A DNA stretch of 31,274 nucleotides from a virus. Taxonomy: Duplodnaviria; Caudoviricetes. Position 1 is the first letter of the stretch. Each line of letters opens with the position of its first letter. The notes below the pieces were generated by a model, which made no database searches, had not been told where the DNA came from, and saw nothing but the letters and a program-made list of their open reading frames with translations. Shown here piece by piece: positions 17,401 through 25,991 of the stretch. The translations under genes were made by a program, and so were the position numbers. The stretch covers positions 1-31,274 of IMG/VR virus record IMGVR_UViG_3300025083_000140; one strand, 5' to 3'.

Positions 17401-20400
17401 ATGAGCGAACTTTACGAACAGCTTAAGAAGCTACGGGAGCAACAACAAAGCGAACAACAACTACCCAAGCCCGCCGCTCCTGGCGTGTATAAAAACGTTG
17501 AAGCTTCCCCGACCGAGCCTACTACCGAAGCTAAAGTAAAAGGCTATCTAGGCGGCGCTACCGTCGAAATGACAGGCGGTATAAGTGGTTCGTTAGCGTA
17601 CATGAAGTGGCTCAACCGAGCTAAATGGGCGTCTAAAGCTACAAAACTTAATCCTGTCTCTTGGACTAATCCTGTTGGATGGGCGACGATGGCGGGAGGA
17701 GAAGCGGCGATATGGGGGCTTTCTAATCTTGCGGGACAGGAAGTAAGAAAATACTACGGATTACAAGACGCCACTCATCTGTCCGAAGTCTATGCGTCCG
17801 CACTCTTTGGTCTGACACCTATCAATAAACTCGTCGAAGGTCGTAAAGTATTTGAATTTGCACAGCCCGCGTTAGGAGCGTCTTGGAAATCTAAAGCCTT
17901 AACCGTCGGTATCAACGGTACTAAGACGATGGTAAGCGGCGCTACTCTTGGTGTTCTTGAATCTGCGTTTCGTCAGACCGCCGCCGTGATGATGGGCGAA
18001 GAAGAGAACTTTGAAGAGTATGACTTCTATATGTCAGCGGTAGCTGGTGGCGGCGTTAATACCGCGATTAGAGGCGCTGGTTCCTTGTGGCATATGTGGC
18101 GTAACAGCGGTGCTTGGGGACGCGGTCAAGCCACCGAAGCAGTCAATCGTGTACAACAGAATTTAGAAGCGCAAGAAGCTGAACTCGTAAGTAAGATCGA
18201 GAAAGCTAAAGCGCCTGTCAAATCTACTAACCCGTGGGTATCGGCCTATGGTGGAATGTATCAAGCGGGTAAAGCGGCTGGTATCCGTGAGATGGAAAAG
18301 AAGCTAGCGACTATTCAGCAAGCTAAGAACTTAAACGAAAAAGCGTCCATTGAGATTAATGAGTCTAACTCGAAAGCCGAAGAGTTGGAGAAAGCGGCGG
18401 TAGATAAGAAAGAAGAAGCTCCGTATACCGAGGACGATTTAGAAGTCGTAGAACCAAAGGCTGAAGAACCTGAAGCAACACCGACCGTTGAAGAACCCGA
18501 AGTTATTGCGCCTAGAACGGAAGAGCCGACCGTTGAAGAACCCGAAGTAACAGCGCCTAAAGCGGACGAACCAACTGTTGAAGAACCCGCAGTTACCACA
18601 CCGAAGGTCGAAGAACCCGCGCCTAAAGCGCCTGAAGAACCACAGGCAAAGACGGAAGAGCCTAAAGCGCCAGAGCAACCGACCGATCTACCCGAACATG
18701 AAGTTACTTTTAACAAGCTTAAAGAGCGTCTTGAAAATATTACACTTAAGGACAACGCCGCTACCGAAGGCCCCGCAGTAGGCGTCGAAGCAAACGCGTT
18801 AAAGATCGAGAGAGAAACGAAACTCGGGGCCGCCATTCACCACGTGTTTGTTAACAAGAACGCAGACACAGGGCAGATTCAAAACGCGTTAGACCTAGTT
18901 AAGTTTATTCGTAAGCTCAACACCGAAGTCCTCGATAAGATTAAAGTACCTGGCGGTCGAATGGTACAGTCTCAACGTATGGACGCTGGGCAGTTTAAAT
19001 TTGACGAAGAGAAGATGGGGACTTCCTCCCGTGCGCGTGAAGAAGACTTTAGATTAGGAGAGCTTGAGAAGGCGTTACAGGAACGTATCGACGGTAACGC
19101 AGAGGTAGAGCTTGATAAGCTTCATCTAAACTTTTTAAACGTCGTTCCCGAAGCTAAAGCCGAAGGTAAGAAGATAGGCAAGCGTGTAAGGGAAGACTTC
19201 GACAAACAAGAGAGACGTAGGAAACTTGTTGAAGACGCCGAAGAATCTGTCGATCCAGAGGTAGCACGTAACAAGCGTATTGAATCGTTACAGAAACAGT
19301 TAGAAGCTGAACGTGCAAAGATCATCGATAAGACAGGTGGTCAGCAAGGAAAGAAGAAAACGTTTGTTAAGTCGGAAGAAGAAGTAGACCTAGAGAATCG
19401 TATCAAGTTCTACAAGACAGGCGGTAAAGAAGCGGCGGAAACGTCCGCTTTAGAAGAACGCTTGGAGACGCTTTTAGAACTAGCGGAAGAAGGCGACCTG
19501 TCAAAGATACGTCAAGAGGTAGGGCCAGCGCCTGATTGGGCAAAGCCTAAACAAGTTAAATCGTATCTCAACACGCTCCGTAAGGTCGTCGATAAGACAC
19601 GTAAGGATTTACAACAGAAAGTCATCGACTCTGACATAACGCTTCAAGATCCTAACAAGGTAGCGAAGCAACAAGCGAAAGAGAAAGCGAAGCTACAGAA
19701 GCGCCTTAAGCAACTTCAGCAACGTTTTGGTAAAGACTCTAAGCTCAAGCCTAAAGACGCGGCGAAGAAGGCGGAAGCCAACGCCGAGATAGAAGATCTT
19801 AAAGATCGTATTCAGTTCTACGAGGCTAACGAGCGTGATGCTTTGAAGCTAGAGCAACGTCTTAAAGAGCGTGACCGTCTACTTAAAATTGAAACAGGAC
19901 GTCTAGGCGCGCAGCGTGATGAGATAACACCAAAGCCTAAAGGGCCGAAGAAGACGCCTGGTAAGTTGGAGAAAGTAGAATCTGACATAGCGTTCCTTCG
20001 TAAGAATATGCGTGACCGTGTGCGTGAGATCGACCAAGCGCGTATAGACATGGAAGAAGCTAAGACAGCGGCTCAACTCCATGACGAAGAGATTTCAAAG
20101 CTCGACAAGGAACTTGAACAGTTACGTAAAGAGTTTGGCGACGACAGCTCGTTAGTAAAAGACGACGTTGAAGGCGCACCTAAGAAAGAGAAGCATCCCG
20201 ACATACTCGCGAAGGAAGCGCAGATCAAATTCCACAAGGAAGCGCGTCAGGAAGCGATAACCCTTGATAAGAAGATAGCAGAGCGTAACAGACTTCTTGC
20301 GTTGGAGACGGGGCCATTAGGCGCTCAAAGGGCGGAAGTAACTAAATCCACTAAGACGGATAACAAAGCTCCTGGTCGTATTGAGAAGCTTAACGAAGAT

Positions 20401-23217
20401 ATAGCGTTCCTTAAGAAGAACATGAGGGATCGTGTTCGTGAGATTGATAAAGCACGTGAGGAGATGACGCCTGAGTTCCAAGCGGCTCAACTCGCCAAGG
20501 CACACGACCGTGCAATTACGAAGCTCGATAAGGAACTAGAACAGCTTCAGAAAGAATTTGGAGATATGGACGCCGTCGAAGCGGAAGCTGGCGCGGTAAA
20601 ACCCCCGAAGGAAAAACATCCTGACATCAAGGACAGGGAAGAGCGTATCAAGTGGCATAAAGGCGCACGTAAAGAAGCGTTGGAGATCGCCAAGCTTGAG
20701 AAGGAATTAGCCGATACTGTCGAAATGGAATCCCGTGAAGTCATGGGCGAGATGAGGGCGGCAACAGATCCTAAACCTACAGGGCCACAACAGCCGCTTA
20801 AATCGGCGATGTTACGCAAACAGATAAACGAGTCTAAAGCTCGCATGCGTAAGAAGGTAGCAGACATTGATAGGGCGAAAGCCAAGATGGACGAGGAAGC
20901 GTCTAACGTTCGTATCTTAAAAGCTGTCGAACAGCATTTGTACAAAGTCATGTTAGACGAGCCTGGTAATAAGGCTGTTAACTTTGCCCGTCAAGCGTTA
21001 GTTCTACGTCAACTTGCTATGATCGACCAAGCGGCGTCGGCTACAGCGGGTCTAGGTACAGGTATCGCTGGTACGTTTAAACAATTTTATCGTCCTTGGG
21101 CGACGCTGTTTCACGACCTAGTAAAGAACCGCCCAATGGCGTGGAAGAACTTTACGGCGGAAGTGGCTGGTTTATCTGTCATGCTTAAAGATTGGGAAGG
21201 CGGGCTTACGGCGTTTAAACGTACTTGGAAGGCTGGAGAAAGTGCTACAAGGGTAGCGGGGGGACGTAATCGTCTGACCGACGAGAAACAGTATGGCAGA
21301 CGTATTGACCACCGCAACCTAAAGAAAGTCGTAGCAAACGCTGAACGTCAAGTCGAAGCGAAACGTAACCTCAAGAACTACTTATCGAATACACCTCTCG
21401 GACGCTTGCTGTGGACATCTTATGAATTAGGTATGCGTAGTATTCTTGCAATCGATGAGATACCTAGTCGTCAGTTCTTTAAAGGACAACAAACAGCAGA
21501 GGCGATACAGAAGGGACATATATCATTTCCTGACGACCCTGACAAAGCGTATGAACACGCACAGGAACTTCTTAACTCATGGTGGAAAGACGACGACGGA
21601 TTGCGCGTATTGACCGCCTTGGGAGAACAACAGAACTCTACATCGTATGTAAACCAAGAACTCCTGTTTGCTGGGAACGCCGCAGAAATCGACGAGAGTG
21701 AGTTCGCTTTAACAATTGCTGACACGGTATTGAGTAAATTCTGGCGACCCATAACAAATTTAAAATATCATCCCTCTGTATCTTTAGGATTTAGATTTAT
21801 AGCGCCGTTTATGACGGTAGCCCTAAGAGCAGGTGGCAGATTAGCGCGTGTAGGAGTTCCAGGGTTAGGGGCGGTACAGATGACAAATGCTCCTATCGTC
21901 GGTAACCCCTACAATAAGAGACTAAAGGACGTAGACAACGAATTACTCACCGCTAATAAACGCATAAGAGAAGGCGACTTAGATGAGAAGGCAATAGCGG
22001 ACGAAAGAAAGTACATCGATCAACTGCACGAGAAACGTGAGCGTATTGAAACACGTAAGATCATGTACAACAGGGACGCTTTAGCTGATCAGTTACTGGG
22101 TGCGACGTTTGGAGCCGCTGGTTTCGTAGGTGCTTACCTCGGAGGTTCTGTCGTTGGTTCACAGGCGTGGATGACAGAAGACCAACGTAACACCTACGGA
22201 GCGAAAGAGTTTACGATGTTTGGATGGTCGTTCAAGGAATGGATACCTATTTCGCTGGCTTTAAGTTTAGGTGCTGATTTAGGCGCTTGGAGGAAGATAA
22301 AAGATATAGAGCGTCGTAAAGGTATAAAGATTCTCAACGATGACCAAGACGAGGTATCCGTAATGATAGCGTCGGCATTACAACTCGTTAAAGAGATGCC
22401 TTTTAATCAGGCGATTAAGAACGTTGAAGACTTAGCAAACGACTCCGCAAGTATCGCAACAGCCGCGTTTGCTAAAGCTGTAGGATCGATAGTTCCTAAC
22501 CCTGCCCAAGTTAAGAAGATAGTAAAGTTTTATCAAGCTGGCGGACGTGTCGCGGATCTTAAAGGCATGGGCTTTTGGGAACGTAGTGTCTACGAAGCGT
22601 TTGGAACAGGCGTTAAGAACTGGAAGACCGATCACTTCGGCGAAGACATAGAAACAGAAATGTCGGGTTCCCAAATGATTTGGAGATCGTTCCCTGACCG
22701 TGCAAAGGAAGAAAGCGAATGGGATGAGAACCTTAAGCTCGACCATTACAGCGACATTAAAAAACCTGCTTCGACGTTTAAAGGTATTCCTATGAAAGAT
22801 TTTAAGCGTGAAGATGGCGTCACTTTAACTTATGCTTACAACTTAGAGCTGAGAAAAACAAATGTGAAACGCGATATAGATAGAATTATTAAAAACAAAA
22901 GTTGGCAAAAGTTCCGTGATCAAGGTTCGGTTCCTCATCCTACAAATCCAGATAAACGCACTAATCCCGCTCTTTCTCAATTAAATGACACATTAAAAAC
23001 TTACGACGACATCGTGATGAGTCGCTTCTTAAGCAACCGATCCTTGTTGAGTAAGTTTGTCAGCGAGAAAGAAAATGAGAAAGGTTCGGCGGATTACAGG
23101 AAGTACGGGCCTTACGAAACACTTCAACAACGTATTGATTATTCTAACTTCCACTCAACAGCGCCTGATAGGTTTGCTCCTAAATCCATCGAGGACTTAC
23201 TTAAATTACCTAAATAA
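17401..23217 (+). CDS. Large internal virion (ejection) protein D, gp16-like, repeat-expanded
   Basis: 1938 aa, directly before the tail fibre; Gly/Ala hydrophobic segments near both ends; charged helical repeat core. Assigned mainly by synteny. Confidence 0.75.
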   Translation: MSELYEQLKKLREQQQSEQQLPKPAAPGVYKNVEASPTEPTTEAKVKGYLGGATVEMTGGISGSLAYMKWLNRAKWASKATKLNPVSWTNPVGWATMAGGEAAIWGLSNLAGQEVRKYYGLQDATHLSEVYASALFGLTPINKLVEGRKVFEFAQPALGASWKSKALTVGINGTKTMVSGATLGVLESAFRQTAAVMMGEEENFEEYDFYMSAVAGGGVNTAIRGAGSLWHMWRNSGAWGRGQATEAVNRVQQNLEAQEAELVSKIEKAKAPVKSTNPWVSAYGGMYQAGKAAGIREMEKKLATIQQAKNLNEKASIEINESNSKAEELEKAAVDKKEEAPYTEDDLEVVEPKAEEPEATPTVEEPEVIAPRTEEPTVEEPEVTAPKADEPTVEEPAVTTPKVEEPAPKAPEEPQAKTEEPKAPEQPTDLPEHEVTFNKLKERLENITLKDNAATEGPAVGVEANALKIERETKLGAAIHHVFVNKNADTGQIQNALDLVKFIRKLNTEVLDKIKVPGGRMVQSQRMDAGQFKFDEEKMGTSSRAREEDFRLGELEKALQERIDGNAEVELDKLHLNFLNVVPEAKAEGKKIGKRVREDFDKQERRRKLVEDAEESVDPEVARNKRIESLQKQLEAERAKIIDKTGGQQGKKKTFVKSEEEVDLENRIKFYKTGGKEAAETSALEERLETLLELAEEGDLSKIRQEVGPAPDWAKPKQVKSYLNTLRKVVDKTRKDLQQKVIDSDITLQDPNKVAKQQAKEKAKLQKRLKQLQQRFGKDSKLKPKDAAKKAEANAEIEDLKDRIQFYEANERDALKLEQRLKERDRLLKIETGRLGAQRDEITPKPKGPKKTPGKLEKVESDIAFLRKNMRDRVREIDQARIDMEEAKTAAQLHDEEISKLDKELEQLRKEFGDDSSLVKDDVEGAPKKEKHPDILAKEAQIKFHKEARQEAITLDKKIAERNRLLALETGPLGAQRAEVTKSTKTDNKAPGRIEKLNEDIAFLKKNMRDRVREIDKAREEMTPEFQAAQLAKAHDRAITKLDKELEQLQKEFGDMDAVEAEAGAVKPPKEKHPDIKDREERIKWHKGARKEALEIAKLEKELADTVEMESREVMGEMRAATDPKPTGPQQPLKSAMLRKQINESKARMRKKVADIDRAKAKMDEEASNVRILKAVEQHLYKVMLDEPGNKAVNFARQALVLRQLAMIDQAASATAGLGTGIAGTFKQFYRPWATLFHDLVKNRPMAWKNFTAEVAGLSVMLKDWEGGLTAFKRTWKAGESATRVAGGRNRLTDEKQYGRRIDHRNLKKVVANAERQVEAKRNLKNYLSNTPLGRLLWTSYELGMRSILAIDEIPSRQFFKGQQTAEAIQKGHISFPDDPDKAYEHAQELLNSWWKDDDGLRVLTALGEQQNSTSYVNQELLFAGNAAEIDESEFALTIADTVLSKFWRPITNLKYHPSVSLGFRFIAPFMTVALRAGGRLARVGVPGLGAVQMTNAPIVGNPYNKRLKDVDNELLTANKRIREGDLDEKAIADERKYIDQLHEKRERIETRKIMYNRDALADQLLGATFGAAGFVGAYLGGSVVGSQAWMTEDQRNTYGAKEFTMFGWSFKEWIPISLALSLGADLGAWRKIKDIERRKGIKILNDDQDEVSVMIASALQLVKEMPFNQAIKNVEDLANDSASIATAAFAKAVGSIVPNPAQVKKIVKFYQAGGRVADLKGMGFWERSVYEAFGTGVKNWKTDHFGEDIETEMSGSQMIWRSFPDRAKEESEWDENLKLDHYSDIKKPASTFKGIPMKDFKREDGVTLTYAYNLELRKTNVKRDIDRIIKNKSWQKFRDQGSVPHPTNPDKRTNPALSQLNDTLKTYDDIVMSRFLSNRSLLSKFVSEKENEKGSADYRKYGPYETLQQRIDYSNFHSTAPDRFAPKSIEDLLKLPK
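18481..18615 (+). repeat. Coding tandem repeat, 3 x 45 bp (PTVEEPEVIAPRTEE / PTVEEPEVTAPKADE / PTVEEPAVTTPKVEE)
   Basis: CCRACYGTTGAAGAACCCG starts at 18481, 18526 and 18571, with degenerate EEP units on both sides. Confidence 0.9.
19260..20900 (+). repeat. Four imperfect ~136-141-aa helical repeats inside the gp16-like gene (boundaries approximate)
   Basis: Anchors RIKFYK (19399), RIQFYE (19807), QIKFHK (20221) and RIKWHK (20644). DIAFL.KNMRDRVREID occurs at 19984 and 20398; KLDKELEQL at 20098 and 20521. Confidence 0.88.
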
Positions 23218-23231
23218 CAAAGAAACATAAC

Positions 23232-24824
23232 ATGGCAGACACATTCGAAGATTATCCCGCTCAAGCGAACCAACTAGACCCGTCTAACGCGGCTTATGGT
23301 TTTGTATTTAACTTCCCTTACCTCGAAGACACACACGTCACCGTAGAGGTAGATGGCACACTTTTAAGCGCGTCTAACTACACTATTCAAACGTCCCCTG
23401 ATACACGCGTTCTTATCTCTAGTGGTGTTACCGTGGGACAAAAGGTGCGTGTCAGACGTAACTCCAACGCTGATTCAGACAATCCCTATGTAGACTTTGT
23501 TAATGGTTCGGTATTGAACGAGACTGACCAAGACAATGCTTATCGTCACAACCTCTATTTAAACGAGGAGTTAGCGGCGTTAAACCAACAGTCCTTACAG
23601 AAGGAAGTAGGCGGTACAAACTGGGATGCACAGAACCTAAGTATTGTTAATCTTCCTACACCGACTCTTTCAAGCGAAGCCACAAGCAAGACATATGTCG
23701 ATACACAAGTAGCCACAGCGGTTAATGGATCGCCTCAAACGCCTGTTAAATACGCGTTTACAGGCGACGGTTCCAACGCCGCTTTTACCTTTAGTCCAGG
23801 CGTCGCTCTTGACGCTGATGAGATGTACGAAGTTGCTATCGACGGTGTGTTACAAGAGCCAACGACTGCTTATACGATTAATGCCAACGCTAATACCATC
23901 ACGTTTACAAGCGTACCTCCAAACGCGTCTAAGATCGTCGTTATCAATCGCGGTTACCTGACGCCTGTAGTTAGCGGAGGTATAGCGGACGGTAGTATTA
24001 CAAGCGCTCAGATAAGCACGACAGATACTAACTTTAATATACAAGCAGACGGTAATGTTGGTATTGGAACTAATAACCCCAGTGTTAAACTAGCTGTTAA
24101 CGGTTCTATTGAAACTATTAAAGATAGACAGACAGGTACGCCAGAAGGGGGCCAGCTTATATTACGAAGTCAAGACCCCAACGGGTACAGATGGAATATA
24201 GATAACTTTTCTTTTGCTAACGGTACTGGAGGTAGTTTATTTAGGCTGTTTAAATCTGATGAAGCGGACAGTGAAAACGGCGTTACTTGTCTAACTATTG
24301 ACCCTGTAACTGGCGATGTAAACATTACGGGCGACTACAAAGTAAACGGAGCGAGCCTAATACCCACAGGAACAGTGTCAGCTTACGCAGGTTCTACCGC
24401 TCCAACGGGTTATGTTTTATGTGACGGTTCTCAGTACAACCAAGTCGGTACATACGCCGCTTTATTCGCCGTTTTAAGCACTACTTACAACACAGGTGGA
24501 GAAACAGCTAACCACTTTAGAGTTCCCGACCTTAAAGGACGAGCGATCGCTGGTATGGGCGGTAGCTTATTAAGTGGTACAGACGCTGTAGCTGACACGG
24601 GCGGAGCGAAGGAACACACCCTTACAGCCGCAGAATCGGGACTACCTGATCACACCCACGATATACCTGTAGAAGTAACTACTTCAGATTCAGGTAGTTC
24701 TATTCAAAGGAGAAACAGTAGCACGTATGATCCAAATACACCAACAACGACAGGCGCAGACGCATCCTCCGCCCACAACAATGTCCAGCCCACCATGATC
24801 CTTAACTACATAATTAAAATCTAA
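23232..24824 (+). CDS. gp17: Tail fibre protein (T7 gp17-type N-terminal anchor; C-terminal tail-collar domain)
   Basis: FNFPYL...V.V.VDG...VRVRR.S...VDF.NGS.L...D anchor; FTGDGS...IDGVLQEP..AYT domain; GNVGIGT..P repeat; collar PTGTV.AYAG..APTGY.LCDGS...FRVPDLKGR; ends HNNVQPTMILNYIIKI. Confidence 0.92.
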   Translation: MADTFEDYPAQANQLDPSNAAYGFVFNFPYLEDTHVTVEVDGTLLSASNYTIQTSPDTRVLISSGVTVGQKVRVRRNSNADSDNPYVDFVNGSVLNETDQDNAYRHNLYLNEELAALNQQSLQKEVGGTNWDAQNLSIVNLPTPTLSSEATSKTYVDTQVATAVNGSPQTPVKYAFTGDGSNAAFTFSPGVALDADEMYEVAIDGVLQEPTTAYTINANANTITFTSVPPNASKIVVINRGYLTPVVSGGIADGSITSAQISTTDTNFNIQADGNVGIGTNNPSVKLAVNGSIETIKDRQTGTPEGGQLILRSQDPNGYRWNIDNFSFANGTGGSLFRLFKSDEADSENGVTCLTIDPVTGDVNITGDYKVNGASLIPTGTVSAYAGSTAPTGYVLCDGSQYNQVGTYAALFAVLSTTYNTGGETANHFRVPDLKGRAIAGMGGSLLSGTDAVADTGGAKEHTLTAAESGLPDHTHDIPVEVTTSDSGSSIQRRNSSTYDPNTPTTTGADASSAHNNVQPTMILNYIIKI

Positions 24825-24836
24825 CCACCTCCATGT

Positions 24837-25478
24837 ATGGCAATTACGACTACACACTCTCGAATGATCGGCGACTTAGACGCTGGATCAACCTATGCAA
24901 CTACAGCTTCTCTCGGTACAGCCGCTCCACTCAACGTCGGAACCGCCGCTAACAACGTTGTTCAACTCGACGGCACCGCGAAGCTACCCGCTGTTGATGG
25001 CTCGCAGTTGACGAACGTCAGCGCAGGTAAAGTTCTACAACACGTACACACTTCTGTATCTTCCGTGCTAACAGGCACAACCATTATGAACGCGGATGAT
25101 ACAATTCCTCAGAACACCGAAGGAAACGAGGTCATAACGCTTGCTATAACGCCAACAAGCGCGACGAGTAGACTTCTGATAACAGCAAATATCTTCCATT
25201 CCGCTGAAATATCCGCTTACAACATGATAACGGCGTTGTTCCAAGACACGACGGCAGACGCTTTAGCCGCTGTCATGGAAGACGTGAGAGTCAGTACGGC
25301 TCCGTTAGTAACGCCTTTAATTCACGAAATGGCGGCAGGTACGACCTCAGCTACGACTTTTAAAGTTAGAGCGGGAGCGGGGTCAGCGGGTACTTATACG
25401 TTAAACGGATTTTCTGGAAGTCGGATCTTTGGAGGAGTTGCGTCAACGACTTTAAGTATAATGGAGATAAGCGCCTAA
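24837..25478 (+). CDS. Secondary fibre/appendage protein
   Basis: VGTAANNVVQLDGTAKLPAVDGSQLT fibre motif, followed by a GKVLQ...ITPTSATSRLLI...S.MEISA beta domain common in aquatic phage fibre genes. Confidence 0.7.
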   Translation: MAITTTHSRMIGDLDAGSTYATTASLGTAAPLNVGTAANNVVQLDGTAKLPAVDGSQLTNVSAGKVLQHVHTSVSSVLTGTTIMNADDTIPQNTEGNEVITLAITPTSATSRLLITANIFHSAEISAYNMITALFQDTTADALAAVMEDVRVSTAPLVTPLIHEMAAGTTSATTFKVRAGAGSAGTYTLNGFSGSRIFGGVASTTLSIMEISA

Positions 25479-25729
25479 TGATCGACGAACTCTCCCACTT
25501 CCTAGACACCGCGCTTGCAATCGTCATTGGTATCTTTGGTTGGATCTTTAAGAAGTTTGCTGACCGTCTCGACAAAGACGAAGACAGATTGACTAAGATT
25601 GAAATCGACCTATCCGCACAGAACGAGCGCGACAACGCCGTTGAAACGCGTATGAGCGGGTTGGAAGAGAAGATCAAAGAAATGAGCGGTAAACTAGATC
25701 GCATGATGGAACTATTAATGAAAAGGTAA
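25478..25729 (+). CDS. Single-TM plus coiled-coil protein (holin/XhlA-like candidate)
   Basis: ALAIVIGIFGWIF followed by KK and a heptad-rich tail; near the T7 gp17.5 holin position; TAATG overlap. Confidence 0.6.
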   Translation: MIDELSHFLDTALAIVIGIFGWIFKKFADRLDKDEDRLTKIEIDLSAQNERDNAVETRMSGLEEKIKEMSGKLDRMMELLMKR

Positions 25730-25735
25730 AGACCT

Positions 25736-25990
25736 ATGCCTCATCACCGCAGAAGAGACGTCGCCCCAGAATACTTGATTCGTCAAGCTCACGTATCGGC
25801 ACAAAGCTCACACACCAAGCTGTCTAGTAAAGACCAACGATTAATAGCTTTGGAAACAGATAAGCCGTTACAAGACGCGAAGATAACGGCGCTTGAATCG
25901 TCGTCAGTAGGCATTGTAGACGGCGGTCGAGCAAACCTTCAACACGTAGAAGCAACAGCGATAAACGGCGGTAACGCATCAACCACATAA
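25736..25990 (+). CDS. Small coiled-coil putative anchor protein
   Basis: RLIALE/KITALE heptads, then VDGGRA...INGGNA motifs; ends 1 nt before the Mtd_N-type gene. Confidence 0.6.
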   Translation: MPHHRRRDVAPEYLIRQAHVSAQSSHTKLSSKDQRLIALETDKPLQDAKITALESSSVGIVDGGRANLQHVEATAINGGNASTT

Positions 25991-25991
25991 C

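Noticed and set aside
18481-18615. CRISPR-like or mini-array interpretation of the 45-bp periodic repeat
   Set aside because: The repeats are in frame, vary at synonymous positions and encode a peptide repeat; there are no unique spacers or cas genes.
18315-18836. 173-aa minus-strand Ser/Gly-rich ORF with repeats
   Set aside because: It is the antisense shadow of the Pro/Glu repeat in the gp16-like gene and has no independent evidence.
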